From: a virus
DNA: 38,995 bases
IMG/VR virus record: IMGVR_UViG_3300024581_003864
Span: 1 to 38,995 of that record
Strand: one strand, 5' to 3'
In this document: in pieces, positions 6,626 through 14,863 of the stretch
How the letters are laid out: every line of letters starts with the position of its first letter
Numbering within the stretch: the stretch's first letter is position 1
Translations under genes and position numbers: made by a program
The notes under the pieces: model-generated
What the model saw: only the letters and a program-made list of their open reading frames with translations
Database searches by the model: none
What the model was told of the DNA's origin: nothing

Positions 6626-6884
6626 CCCTTTGATTCTCCAAAACGTTAACTCTTCCCTCTAACTTAACAATCATTCTCTCCAACTCTCTATTTTCTTTCT
6701 CTAGTTCATAAGTCTTATCCTTCACCCTATAGAAAAATTTAAGTTCGTCCATTATAAAGTCCATATCTTTTTTTATCACAAGCCTATCTTCTTTGAACAG
6801 TCTAGAAAGTGATCTGCGGTTATAAATCAAATCGCAACACTGAATAAACACCACCAACACACAAACTATATTCACAAACATCAT
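6618..6884 (-). CDS. Small membrane plus coiled-coil protein (TM-CC family)
   Basis: TM MMFVNIVCVLVVFIQCC, then YELEKENRELERMIVKLEGRVNVLENQ. I chose the start at 6884 (Met13 of the tracked ORF) because aaggtgg lies 9 nt upstream. Confidence 0.5.
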   Translation of the reverse strand: MMFVNIVCVLVVFIQCCDLIYNRRSLSRLFKEDRLVIKKDMDFIMDELKFFYRVKDKTYELEKENRELERMIVKLEGRVNVLENQRDG

Positions 6885-6885
6885 T

Positions 6886-7176
6886 TTACTCATCCACCTT
6901 ATTTTCAAGCTTCTTCTCAAGAATTTCTATTACACGATCTAGTTTAATTGTAGCAAACTTCTGCTGAGTCAAATAAAAAGAACCCAGTAGCAATATAGCA
7001 ACTACACAAAGAGCCCTATTGATAGAAACCAACGCCTTACATGTTGAATGTACGGAATTTTTAACCAAACGTGCACCGCAATGCCTACACACATTATCGC
7101 CCTTATCAATTTCCCCCTCGCAAAACCAGCACCACACTTTAAACCATCGGTACATTTTATTGATAAATTTACACAC
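6886..7176 (-). CDS. Zinc-ribbon plus TM plus coiled-coil small protein (TM-CC family)
   Basis: GTG start with strong SD gggaggtg 6 nt upstream. CWFCEGEIDKGDNVCRHCG (CxxC-x10-CxxC), TM ALCVVAILLLGSFYL, then IKLDRVIEILEKKLE. Confidence 0.55.
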   Translation of the reverse strand: MCKFINKMYRWFKVWCWFCEGEIDKGDNVCRHCGARLVKNSVHSTCKALVSINRALCVVAILLLGSFYLTQQKFATIKLDRVIEILEKKLENKVDE

Positions 7177-8032
7177 TATTCACCTCCCATCTATCATTTA
7201 AACTTTTTAACATACTGGCAGATTGCTCATATAATCGTTTAAACCCATCTTCATCCATACCATCACCAAGAATTTTCTTAAGTTTCTTTTCAAAAATAGG
7301 TATACTATCTATCTGTATCTCAAGCTCTTTCATCTCCTGCAAACGAATTCCTATTGAGTTAAAAATAACGACATTTTTTTTAGATTTGAATATATCTAAC
7401 AGTGAATCAATGTTAAAAAAATCTATATAATGAGATATGCATATCTCATATACGTTGTACACTAATTCATTTAATGATCCATCATGTTCAGAAATTTCAG
7501 TAATTATATGTGATAACGCATCCAAACCAGCTAAATTGCCATTCTCATTAAGGGTAATGAACCCTACAGCACTTGATACATTTCTTAAAAGTGTGACGTT
7601 AACTTCCTCTATGTTTTCTAAGACATTTCTCAAAGGAACAAAGAACATTTCTTTTGGTTTTTTATGTTTTTTTAGTATACTGTAAACACCATTACATAAT
7701 TCACGTGTCCTTTCATTATTTTCAAGAGCCTTATCTAAATACACATATCTAGTAACAGCGAACTCAATTGTTTTATCATTAAGACACCCATCCAATACCT
7801 CTAAAAAATCTTTATCACTAATGAAGACATAGCAACAATTCAATATAATTCTTGTATATTCATGCATCTTTAAATTAGTACGTGCGTCTTTTTCATTATA
7901 ACCAATTATATCGCAAAGTTTTTCCTTAGAAGAACGAAACAATAAATCAATTTGACAATATCGCTTTGTTAGTATAGCTATTCTATCCATACAACGAGAT
8001 TTCGCAAGTTCTTCAAATGTCTTTTGCTTCAT
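7169..8032 (-). CDS. Array family member P3
   Basis: N-terminal MKQKTFEELAKS (compare P1 ETFEELAE, P2 KTFDEFIE). Module FISDKDFLEVLDG...IEFAVTRYVYLDKALENNERTRELCNGV. I prefer the ATG at 8032 (SD ggag, 6-nt spacer) over the tracked TTG at 8044. Confidence 0.7.
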   Translation of the reverse strand: MKQKTFEELAKSRCMDRIAILTKRYCQIDLLFRSSKEKLCDIIGYNEKDARTNLKMHEYTRIILNCCYVFISDKDFLEVLDGCLNDKTIEFAVTRYVYLDKALENNERTRELCNGVYSILKKHKKPKEMFFVPLRNVLENIEEVNVTLLRNVSSAVGFITLNENGNLAGLDALSHIITEISEHDGSLNELVYNVYEICISHYIDFFNIDSLLDIFKSKKNVVIFNSIGIRLQEMKELEIQIDSIPIFEKKLKKILGDGMDEDGFKRLYEQSASMLKSLNDRWEVNSV

Positions 8033-9056
8033 CTTCTTCTCCAAGGTATAAGCACATAAAATAATCTTCTTTCACAAGTGCATCTTTCACACCATTTTCA
8101 ACAAGCTTTGCCTGTTTCTCTATATTAGGCTTATTTACCTTATCAAAAAATTCTCTCAAAGTCTCTTCACTTCTTCCAATATCCTCCCAAGCCTTTATCA
8201 AATTCTTGCTAAGTTCAACAGCTCTTTCTTTCTCTTCAAAATATGTTAGTAAATAAATCCTGTTCCCGATAATACGTGAAATCTTATCAACAAAATCAAT
8301 TGAGAATTCATTTTTATGCAAAGAATTATTGTCGAGATCCTTGTTAGGCACGATCAAAGATCTAATAAGTTCATCATCTGAGAAATTCAATATACAATCA
8401 GCTAGAACACCCATTGTATTCCAGAGAAAACACCCAATTTTTTGAAGGACAAAACAACGGGAGAATTCGAACTTACTATCAGATTCTTTAATAAAAGATA
8501 CGTTCTTTTCTATTAGTTGTAAAAAAAGATCTAACATAGTCAGCGTCATTCTTTTTGAATGATTCCTATGATCTTCTTCACACTCAACACCATACCAAGG
8601 ACGTGCGAAATACCTATCCCCACCCTCATGTAATCTATACTCTTTTTTAATCTTTTCAATTTTATCTATGGTTTCAATGGGATCTTTCTTACCCTCATAT
8701 TCAATAAACATCTTCTCTAGTCTTCTCGCTCTCTCATAATCATTAAAATCCAGATCAGCCCTGCATATTCTATCAAAGAACGATTGCCAAGCAAGCTCAT
8801 GATTAGTTTCTTTCAACAGGAGAAACGCATTGTCATCAGAAAGAATTGTGAGAGCTGAAAAAAGAGATATTTTTACATTCTCCTCATAGGTCGATAACGA
8901 TTTTTCATCTGTAACAAGTTTCTTTACTATTCCTAGATTAATAAAAAGATCTGTATACATTGGAGCAATCCAGCGAACAAGAACATCTTCAATCATATTC
9001 TCGTATGGATCTGATCGACCCTTGTACTTTGCGTAATCAAACGCTTTATTAAACAT
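8013..9056 (-). CDS. Array family member P4
   Basis: Modules ILSDDNAFLLLKE...FFDRICRADLDFNDYERARRLEKMF and NFSDDELIRSLI...ISRIIGNRIYLLTYFEEKERAVELSKNL, with an acidic tail GEEDEAKDI. The ATG at 9056 overlaps the P5 stop (ATGTTTAA). Confidence 0.75.
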   Translation of the reverse strand: MFNKAFDYAKYKGRSDPYENMIEDVLVRWIAPMYTDLFINLGIVKKLVTDEKSLSTYEENVKISLFSALTILSDDNAFLLLKETNHELAWQSFFDRICRADLDFNDYERARRLEKMFIEYEGKKDPIETIDKIEKIKKEYRLHEGGDRYFARPWYGVECEEDHRNHSKRMTLTMLDLFLQLIEKNVSFIKESDSKFEFSRCFVLQKIGCFLWNTMGVLADCILNFSDDELIRSLIVPNKDLDNNSLHKNEFSIDFVDKISRIIGNRIYLLTYFEEKERAVELSKNLIKAWEDIGRSEETLREFFDKVNKPNIEKQAKLVENGVKDALVKEDYFMCLYLGEEDEAKDI

Positions 9057-9939
9057 CTTCTTCCTCTTCCTGTCCCCAATACATCTCATTCACGTACTCA
9101 ATTCCACGTGTCAGCTCACCCATACCAAAGCATTTATAAAACTCTGTTTTCATAATTATATTATGTACACTAGCATTACTTAAAAAAGCCCTTAACTTGT
9201 GCCTATCCATACCGTGCTTTACAAGCATGATCGTAATAAGTCCAGAAGATAAATTCAGTGCCCTGTCTAATTGCTTAGTCCACACAAGCCCATCAACTCT
9301 AAATCCAATAATTTTAGCGATTTTTCTTGCTAAAACATCATCCATACAACCTTTTAACGCCCCGATCATCTCTTCATCAGTAAACGAAAGTAAAGATTGC
9401 TCTACGAGCTCGTGAACAAGCATACCAGCATTTAAAATATTCTTACTACACCTGCCTTCACCAATTTCAATCATTTGCGTTGCTGTTTCTAGCAATCTCA
9501 AATCTTCAAACTTCCTTGTCGATACCCATTCATCATACGAATTTGCACCATATGTTTGAAACTCATTTACATTTGTTGCTTGATCAAGCGTACCGAGTAG
9601 CCCCTCAAACTCACCGTCTGATTTTTCAGTGAACGCTTTGTTAATTGAATGGGATCTTTCAACCTCATTGAAAATCTTTTTAAGAACAACCACTCTATCA
9701 TAAATAGGGACTGGGTGGCCTAAATTGATTAGATCCTCATCATTGAAAAGCCTTTCTCTATTTGATACGGCAGTCCCTACCACCTCACATATATTAGAGG
9801 GGCTTTTTATACCATTTATCGGAAATGTTAGCATTTTATATTCTAAGATATCAGATTTTAAAACATCCCAAATATCGTGCAGATGCTTGAAGCTTTCCCT
9901 TAATTCCTTTTTATCCTCAAATTTATAATCCATACTCAT
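9049..9939 (-). CDS. Array family member P5
   Basis: SFTDEEMIGALKG...KIAKIIGFRVDGLVWTKQLDRALNLSSGL, with an acidic tail GQEEEEDV like P4. SD aaggag. Confidence 0.7.
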   Translation of the reverse strand: MSMDYKFEDKKELRESFKHLHDIWDVLKSDILEYKMLTFPINGIKSPSNICEVVGTAVSNRERLFNDEDLINLGHPVPIYDRVVVLKKIFNEVERSHSINKAFTEKSDGEFEGLLGTLDQATNVNEFQTYGANSYDEWVSTRKFEDLRLLETATQMIEIGEGRCSKNILNAGMLVHELVEQSLLSFTDEEMIGALKGCMDDVLARKIAKIIGFRVDGLVWTKQLDRALNLSSGLITIMLVKHGMDRHKLRAFLSNASVHNIIMKTEFYKCFGMGELTRGIEYVNEMYWGQEEEEDV

Positions 9940-10065
9940 GTTACATCTCCTTTAATTCTACAAAGATCCCTTTTGTCTTTTTTTTGTCGTTTAAATGGTT
10001 AATGGGCTACACAACTTCAAAGTGTAACCCATACTAACATTAAATTTTATTTAAATGTATTTTAA

Positions 10066-10800
10066 TTATTTAGATTCATCCATAAGTTTATCTAACTCCC
10101 TCATAGACTTATTATAACAGGACATTGCTTCACGTTCTTCATCATAATCCATAAACGCATCTAGCAAGTCAATTGCCCCACGAAAGACATATAAACCAAA
10201 TTCATACATCTCACTGAATTCAGCGTTTTTTGGCATCTTAGATTTTTTTAGATGAACCTTATATTCGTCCTCACGTAATTCATAACAATCACCAAGCCTT
10301 GCTACGAAAAAATCATCAAAAGAATATAGACCACCATCAATCGTTTTACGGATAACATTAAAATTATAAAGGTTTTTTTCTACTTCAGCTCTTATAAACT
10401 TAAACCTTTTTTTTACCCCTTCGCAAAATGCTTCTCGCTCCTTAAGTATATCATCTAAAACGTTTTGCAATTCTTTTGCCCTTTCCTTCTCTTCAAATGC
10501 CACATCCAAAAAAACGATTCTGTTTACAAGACTAGCCAAAATCACCGTATCTGAAGACTCACACTCAAGAAGAGCAAGCCTTTTCAAATCATGATCTAAA
10601 ATCACATCTAACGAATTGCTCAGACATGTTACAATATCGTCCCTTATTTTTTTAGCATCCTTATTATATTTGTAGTGGTTAATAAATGTACTAGTGTAAA
10701 CGCACCATTTGTAAATCTCCCCACACATTTCATCAGTGAAACCCATTGTATCGCATATTTCCTTTAACACATCTATGTTAACTTTCGGCATATTCTTCAT
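10066..10800 (-). CDS. Array family member P6
   Basis: VILDHDLKRLALLE...ILASLVNRIVFLDVAFEEKERAKELQNVL. SD aaggag. Confidence 0.75.
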   Translation of the reverse strand: MKNMPKVNIDVLKEICDTMGFTDEMCGEIYKWCVYTSTFINHYKYNKDAKKIRDDIVTCLSNSLDVILDHDLKRLALLECESSDTVILASLVNRIVFLDVAFEEKERAKELQNVLDDILKEREAFCEGVKKRFKFIRAEVEKNLYNFNVIRKTIDGGLYSFDDFFVARLGDCYELREDEYKVHLKKSKMPKNAEFSEMYEFGLYVFRGAIDLLDAFMDYDEEREAMSCYNKSMRELDKLMDESK

Positions 10801-10823
10801 ATTTAATCTCCTTATAATTTCAA

Positions 10824-11498
10824 TTAACTCTGTTCCAGTTTAATGAAGAGAGCTATCAAATCACGCAAGATAACAACACCTTCTTCAAACGATTTATCTA
10901 ATTCCTTACCGCTCCTGTTACCCTCCTTAACGATAGCTCTATAATCTCTAATTAGCTCTAGATACGTGTTATAATGAATTCTCTTCTGCCACATCTCTAA
11001 TGTATATGATTTTGATGTGAACTCATTCAATTCATCATCATCATATTTTTCTGAGTATCTTTTGGAATAATCGCCACATCTATAATTAAACTCCTCAATC
11101 TCATCTTCAACGCTCCAATATCCTTTAAGATATTTTTCTATCATAGAAGTAAATTCACGATATCCATCCGACCATTTATAAACAGTTTTGAATAGTGCTA
11201 GGCGGTCAACCACCTCATCAACAATAATCTCTTTATATCTGTCTTCACAAATAAACGACTGTAAAAGTGCATATACTAACTCATGATTACTGAAAAATTG
11301 AACAACACATCTTATTGAACTGTCAATTTCATCACACAAGTAATCAAGTTCATCACACACTTTTTCAGACATAATTTTTTCTACTTTGCTTATGATCCTT
11401 GCGTATTCTATGTAGTCTGCTGAAAGCTCAATAGCCGTACAGTTGACTTTATCTTGAACGCACTTCATAAAATCTAAAAAAGTTTTTTCTCCACTCAT
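10824..11498 (-). CDS. Array family member P7 (most divergent)
   Basis: N-terminal EKTFLDFMKCV, then FFSNHELVYALLQ...VVDRLALFKTVYKWSDGYREFTSMIEKYL. SD aaggag. Confidence 0.6.
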   Translation of the reverse strand: MSGEKTFLDFMKCVQDKVNCTAIELSADYIEYARIISKVEKIMSEKVCDELDYLCDEIDSSIRCVVQFFSNHELVYALLQSFICEDRYKEIIVDEVVDRLALFKTVYKWSDGYREFTSMIEKYLKGYWSVEDEIEEFNYRCGDYSKRYSEKYDDDELNEFTSKSYTLEMWQKRIHYNTYLELIRDYRAIVKEGNRSGKELDKSFEEGVVILRDLIALFIKLEQS

Positions 11499-11522
11499 AT
11501 TTACACTCCTTATAATTTTAAG

Positions 11523-11687
11523 TTATTTTTTATCTTCTTCTTTCAAGTCTCTATCCATCTTCTCTAAGATAGCCATCTGGACAAAATGCTTAATACTAAT
11601 CTCGTTGTCAGCACAATGAATCTTTAATTTTCTATGGAATTCTTTCTTTAGAAGGATTGATATAATTTTTTCATCTTTGCTTTGCAT
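11523..11687 (-). CDS. Ribbon-helix-helix (CopG/Arc/ParG-like) DNA-binding protein, 54 aa, not in the ORF track
   Basis: SD aggag. Translation: MQSKDEKIISILLKKEFHRKLKIHCADNEISIKHFVQMAILEKMDRDLKEEDKK. This fits the pattern of a beta strand followed by xxLHxKLKxxAaxxxxSxxxxhxxAI. It is the first gene of the array operon. Confidence 0.65.
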   Translation of the reverse strand: MQSKDEKIISILLKKEFHRKLKIHCADNEISIKHFVQMAILEKMDRDLKEEDKK

Positions 11688-11720
11688 TGAACTGATCTCC
11701 TATTCTTTAATTTTTCCAGT

Positions 11721-11749
11721 AGTTTATATGTTAACCTATTTTCATGCAA
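11721..11749 (-). promoter_or_regulatory. Promoter ttgcat-N17-taaact for the RHH gene and paralogue array
   Basis: On the minus strand the -35 is at 11749-11744 and the -10 at 11726-11721, about 35 nt upstream of the RHH start. Confidence 0.45.
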
Positions 11750-11966
11750 GACTATTTTGTTTTTTATTTTTTTTCATTTTAACAGACATTCTTACCAAGG
11801 GAATGGGGATGACCCCCAACCCTAAAAAGGGGGGCATTCCCTCTTAAGAACTCTTATAGATTCTTAAAATTATCTTGTCCTTGTTTTAAAGTTTTTTTTT
11901 AACATGAAAAATTGACTTCACATATAGTTGAGAAGGCTAAAATTGAGAAATCCAAAAAATACAATT

Positions 11967-12051
11967 TTCTCCATGATCAACGTGGGTTTTCTCCATGATC
12001 AACGTAAATTTCTCCTTGATCAACGTAAATTTCTCCTTGATCAACGTAAAT
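11967..12051. repeat. Four 21-22-bp iterons (ttctcc[a/t]tgatcaacgt[ggg/aaa]t); candidate replication origin
   Basis: Units start at 11967, 11989, 12010 and 12031, and the last two are identical. They sit immediately 3' of the Rep-like gene and next to an A/T run. Confidence 0.8.
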
Positions 12052-12068
12052 CTTTTTTTGAATAGGAT

Positions 12069-12857
12069 CTATTTTAACTCTTTGTTTACATGAAAAACCC
12101 ATTTAATCCCTCCTGTTGCATTTGGATGCTTTTCCCAATTTAGAAGAAGTCCAAGTTTGATGAGGATGTTAATATCTTCTAGTATCCTATTATTTGTTCT
12201 TGTTTTACGTGCCTTTAGATCCTTTTCAAGTCCAAGAATGGTAGGTAAATTCTCTTCATTGATCTCAACCCTATATCTTTTTGAACTGATTTCCCTAAAC
12301 ACCCACTCTAACAATATGTTAAGACTTTCTGTTACCCTGTTGTGATGTCCAGCTGAAGTAATAAGCCTCCTATTGAGATCAATGGGAAACTCTACAAATT
12401 TTGAATCTATTTGATCCGTGAAGATTGGGTTTAATGAGATATCTATTTCGTTTGGGCTGAATTTGTTTAGGGTGATTAGTGGTTGGCAATACTTTATCGT
12501 TCGTTTATCTTCTTTTTCAATATGCCTGTTATATTTTATTAAGAAACTTTTGTTGGCAAGACTATAGGTAACATTCTTGATAATTTTCATACTAGCACCA
12601 GAATAACCAGATTCCCCCAAATAAGCCTTACAGAGATCTTTTTGCGTGGTAATTAGGGTATAGGATAGCAATTCTTCTCTTCCACAACTCACCAACTTAT
12701 TAGGTTTTTCGCTTGGGTCTTTGGCATGAAGAAGAAGGGCTAGCGTGTGCACAAGCTTGTTCTCAGAGGGGGACAATTTTATCCCCCCAATTTTCAACTT
12801 CTGATCAATCAGATGGCCAGATACCCTATACGAGTTTTTATTTTTCGAGGATTCCAA
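12069..12857 (-). CDS. Putative replication initiator / origin-binding protein
   Basis: The call rests on context only. The gene is translationally coupled to the helicase gene upstream and abuts the iteron array. It has a TTG start and no motif I recognise. Confidence 0.45.
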   Translation of the reverse strand: MESSKNKNSYRVSGHLIDQKLKIGGIKLSPSENKLVHTLALLLHAKDPSEKPNKLVSCGREELLSYTLITTQKDLCKAYLGESGYSGASMKIIKNVTYSLANKSFLIKYNRHIEKEDKRTIKYCQPLITLNKFSPNEIDISLNPIFTDQIDSKFVEFPIDLNRRLITSAGHHNRVTESLNILLEWVFREISSKRYRVEINEENLPTILGLEKDLKARKTRTNNRILEDINILIKLGLLLNWEKHPNATGGIKWVFHVNKELK

Positions 12858-14301
12858 GAATATTCGTCCAATTTACTGGTTTAAACTTATTCTCCATAAA
12901 ATGAAATTCCAACATAGTAGAAAACTTTTTCATTCCATCACGTGCTTTCGAAACTGTCAAACCGCAAAGCGAAATGCCATTGTCTGCAAGATCTTCTATT
13001 ACAAGAGGCGGTACATCTTTATGCCTCCCTACTAAGCCCCTACTTTTCAACATATAACATACCTCATCAGCTGAAGCTTTAGAGAGAAGGGTCACAACGT
13101 CAGGGGTATAAGATCCTCTGGCGGAGCCCATAACATCGGACATATCACCCCCCCACTTCTCCTTACTTGTCGGCTTTCTTGCCTCAGAGATAACGATTAC
13201 AGGTTCTTCAATGTAGTTAAGTGAATTTCTAATTTTCTTCACCTCTCCTATCCTCCATTTATCAAGTTCATTTTCATTAAAAATTTTGAGTGAGGGATCT
13301 GCTGGAAATACTTGAAGATAATCGATAACGACGATAGCTTTAGAGGTTCCCGATCTCCTCTTAACTTCCTCGATGTAATTGATAATCATGTTAGAATCTA
13401 TGAAGGGGCATTCTGTTTGATCGATAATTTTCAACCTATCGCCAAAACCCTCTAGGATTGCATCTGCCTCTTTCATTCTTTCTATTTCTTCACGTGTAAA
13501 AAATGCTCCGTCAATGGTTGCTTGTTCCAGAGTGCCGAATAAATATTGCCTATAGGTCATTTCTGACAAATTTAACGACATTCTCATAAAAATTTCTTGA
13601 GAAGACATCTCTAACGACACGTAGATTAGGCATGCGTCTTTGTTTTCAAGCAATGCCTCTAATCCCATTTGAACAGTCAAGGCAGTTTTCCCCACATTAG
13701 GAGCTGCCGCAAGAAGCATCAACCCCCTAAGACCAAGAAGGTTTCTGTTGAACATCTCCAAGGACTTTAAGGACAGCCCTAAACGATCATTTCCCCTGTG
13801 TTTTTTGAGCATGTCATTTTTATCTTTAATCCTGTCTGATACATGCGTATCTTGAATGGAAATGCTAGCTATCTTCTTCTGCTTTTCAATTTCTTTGGAA
13901 ATCTCTTCTAATAACACCAATCCATCAATATTCTCCTCTGAAACCTTTAATTGGGCTTTTTGAGCAACATCACCAATAGATCTAAGAACGGTCTTATCCT
14001 TCAAAATAGCAATATATTCCTTTATGTTTGCTGAAGTTCCGCAATATTGTGCTAATCCAACAAGATATCCAGCTCCACCGCACTTATCTAACGTTTTCTT
14101 AGATTTTAGGGTTTCTAATAGCGTGACAGTTTCTACAGGTTTCCCCTTTTCATGCAGTGTTTCCATCGCCTTGAAAATACTCTGATGTTCTTTCATGACA
14201 AAATCACATTCCTTTAGGGTTTCCATCCCATACTTTAGGTTTTCTTTATCAATGATCATAGCCCCGAGGGTCATCATTTCCGCTTCTTTCGAATAGTTCA
14301 T
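12838..14301 (-). CDS. dnaB: DnaB-family replicative DNA helicase
   Basis: N-terminal EAEMMTLGAMIIDKENL, Walker A AAAPNVGKTALTVQ, Walker B VVIDYLQ, and a size of 487 aa. Confidence 0.9.
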   Translation of the reverse strand: MNYSKEAEMMTLGAMIIDKENLKYGMETLKECDFVMKEHQSIFKAMETLHEKGKPVETVTLLETLKSKKTLDKCGGAGYLVGLAQYCGTSANIKEYIAILKDKTVLRSIGDVAQKAQLKVSEENIDGLVLLEEISKEIEKQKKIASISIQDTHVSDRIKDKNDMLKKHRGNDRLGLSLKSLEMFNRNLLGLRGLMLLAAAPNVGKTALTVQMGLEALLENKDACLIYVSLEMSSQEIFMRMSLNLSEMTYRQYLFGTLEQATIDGAFFTREEIERMKEADAILEGFGDRLKIIDQTECPFIDSNMIINYIEEVKRRSGTSKAIVVIDYLQVFPADPSLKIFNENELDKWRIGEVKKIRNSLNYIEEPVIVISEARKPTSKEKWGGDMSDVMGSARGSYTPDVVTLLSKASADEVCYMLKSRGLVGRHKDVPPLVIEDLADNGISLCGLTVSKARDGMKKFSTMLEFHFMENKFKPVNWTNILGILEK

Positions 14302-14438
14302 CCTATATCTCCTTTATTTATACATAGAAATTATTTGAAAACACAAAAAACCTCCCATGACTGGAAAGTTTTTGCGAATTTTTTGTTTGGGTTTGATTTT
14401 TTTTGAGATTTTTCATTTATCCGTTCTTTTTTTGTTGT

Positions 14439-14514
14439 GCTAATCCAACAGAACGGTTAAACTACTTTTCAGTTTATTGTTGTAGTTTTGTTTTTTCGGT
14501 TCTGTTGGATTAGC
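14439..14514. other. Long extended hairpin (16-bp perfect stem plus 7-bp inner stem)
   Basis: gctaatccaacagaac (14439-14454) pairs perfectly with gttctgttggattagc (14499-14514). The inner stem is aaactac (14459-65) with gtagttt (14482-88). ccgttct (14421-27) can alternatively pair with agaacgg (14450-56). Confidence 0.7.
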
Positions 14515-14529
14515 AAAACGCATATTAAA

Positions 14530-14558
14530 GGGAAGTTTTACCGCTTCCCTTTTTTTTT
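14530..14558 (+). terminator. Rho-independent-type terminator reading on the plus strand (possibly bidirectional)
   Basis: gggaag-ttttaccg-cttccc followed by T9; A3 lies upstream. Confidence 0.55.
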
Positions 14559-14699
14559 GTAAAAACCAAGGTAAAATAAACCAAAGATATTTATCAAGAA
14601 GTTTACTTTTTCTGTGCGGAAAAAATCTAAATTTTGTATAATTCAATAGTATTTGAAAATGCAATCGTTCATTGTGCATCGCATTTCTCATATTTACGT

Positions 14700-14730
14700 G
14701 GGGGCGTTCATTCGTCCCCCTCCTTTTTTT
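14700..14730 (+). terminator. Rho-independent-type terminator reading on the plus strand
   Basis: gggggcg-ttcatt-cg(t)ccccc, then tcc and T7. Confidence 0.5.
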
Positions 14731-14839
14731 GTTTAGATAAATGTTTTGGTGTGATAATTTACTTGAGTCGTTGGGAGTAAAGGTTATGTTTAATTTCCAA
14801 GTTAGGTCATGACGTTTAACCCATCGCATTATCGATAGT

Positions 14840-14863
14840 GGGGTAGGCTTTCTACCCCTTTTT
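14840..14863 (+). terminator. Rho-independent-type terminator reading on the plus strand
   Basis: ggggtag-gcttt-ctacccc followed by T5. It lies 3 nt from the ssb stop, but the U-tract is on the opposite strand to ssb. Confidence 0.5.

Noticed and set aside
10004-10030. 9-bp stem-loop (gggctacac / gtgtaaccc, with one G-U pair on the minus strand) between P6 and P5 as an intra-array terminator
   Set aside because: No U-tract follows it on the transcribed (minus) strand. It may be a processing or stability element, but a terminator call is unsupported.
14440-14829. 129-aa minus-strand ORF filling the ssb-dnaB gap
   Set aside because: It has no SD and a K/R/N-rich, low-information composition. 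It reads straight through three GC-rich terminator-like hairpins and the 16-bp stem, so the region is better explained as non-coding or structured.
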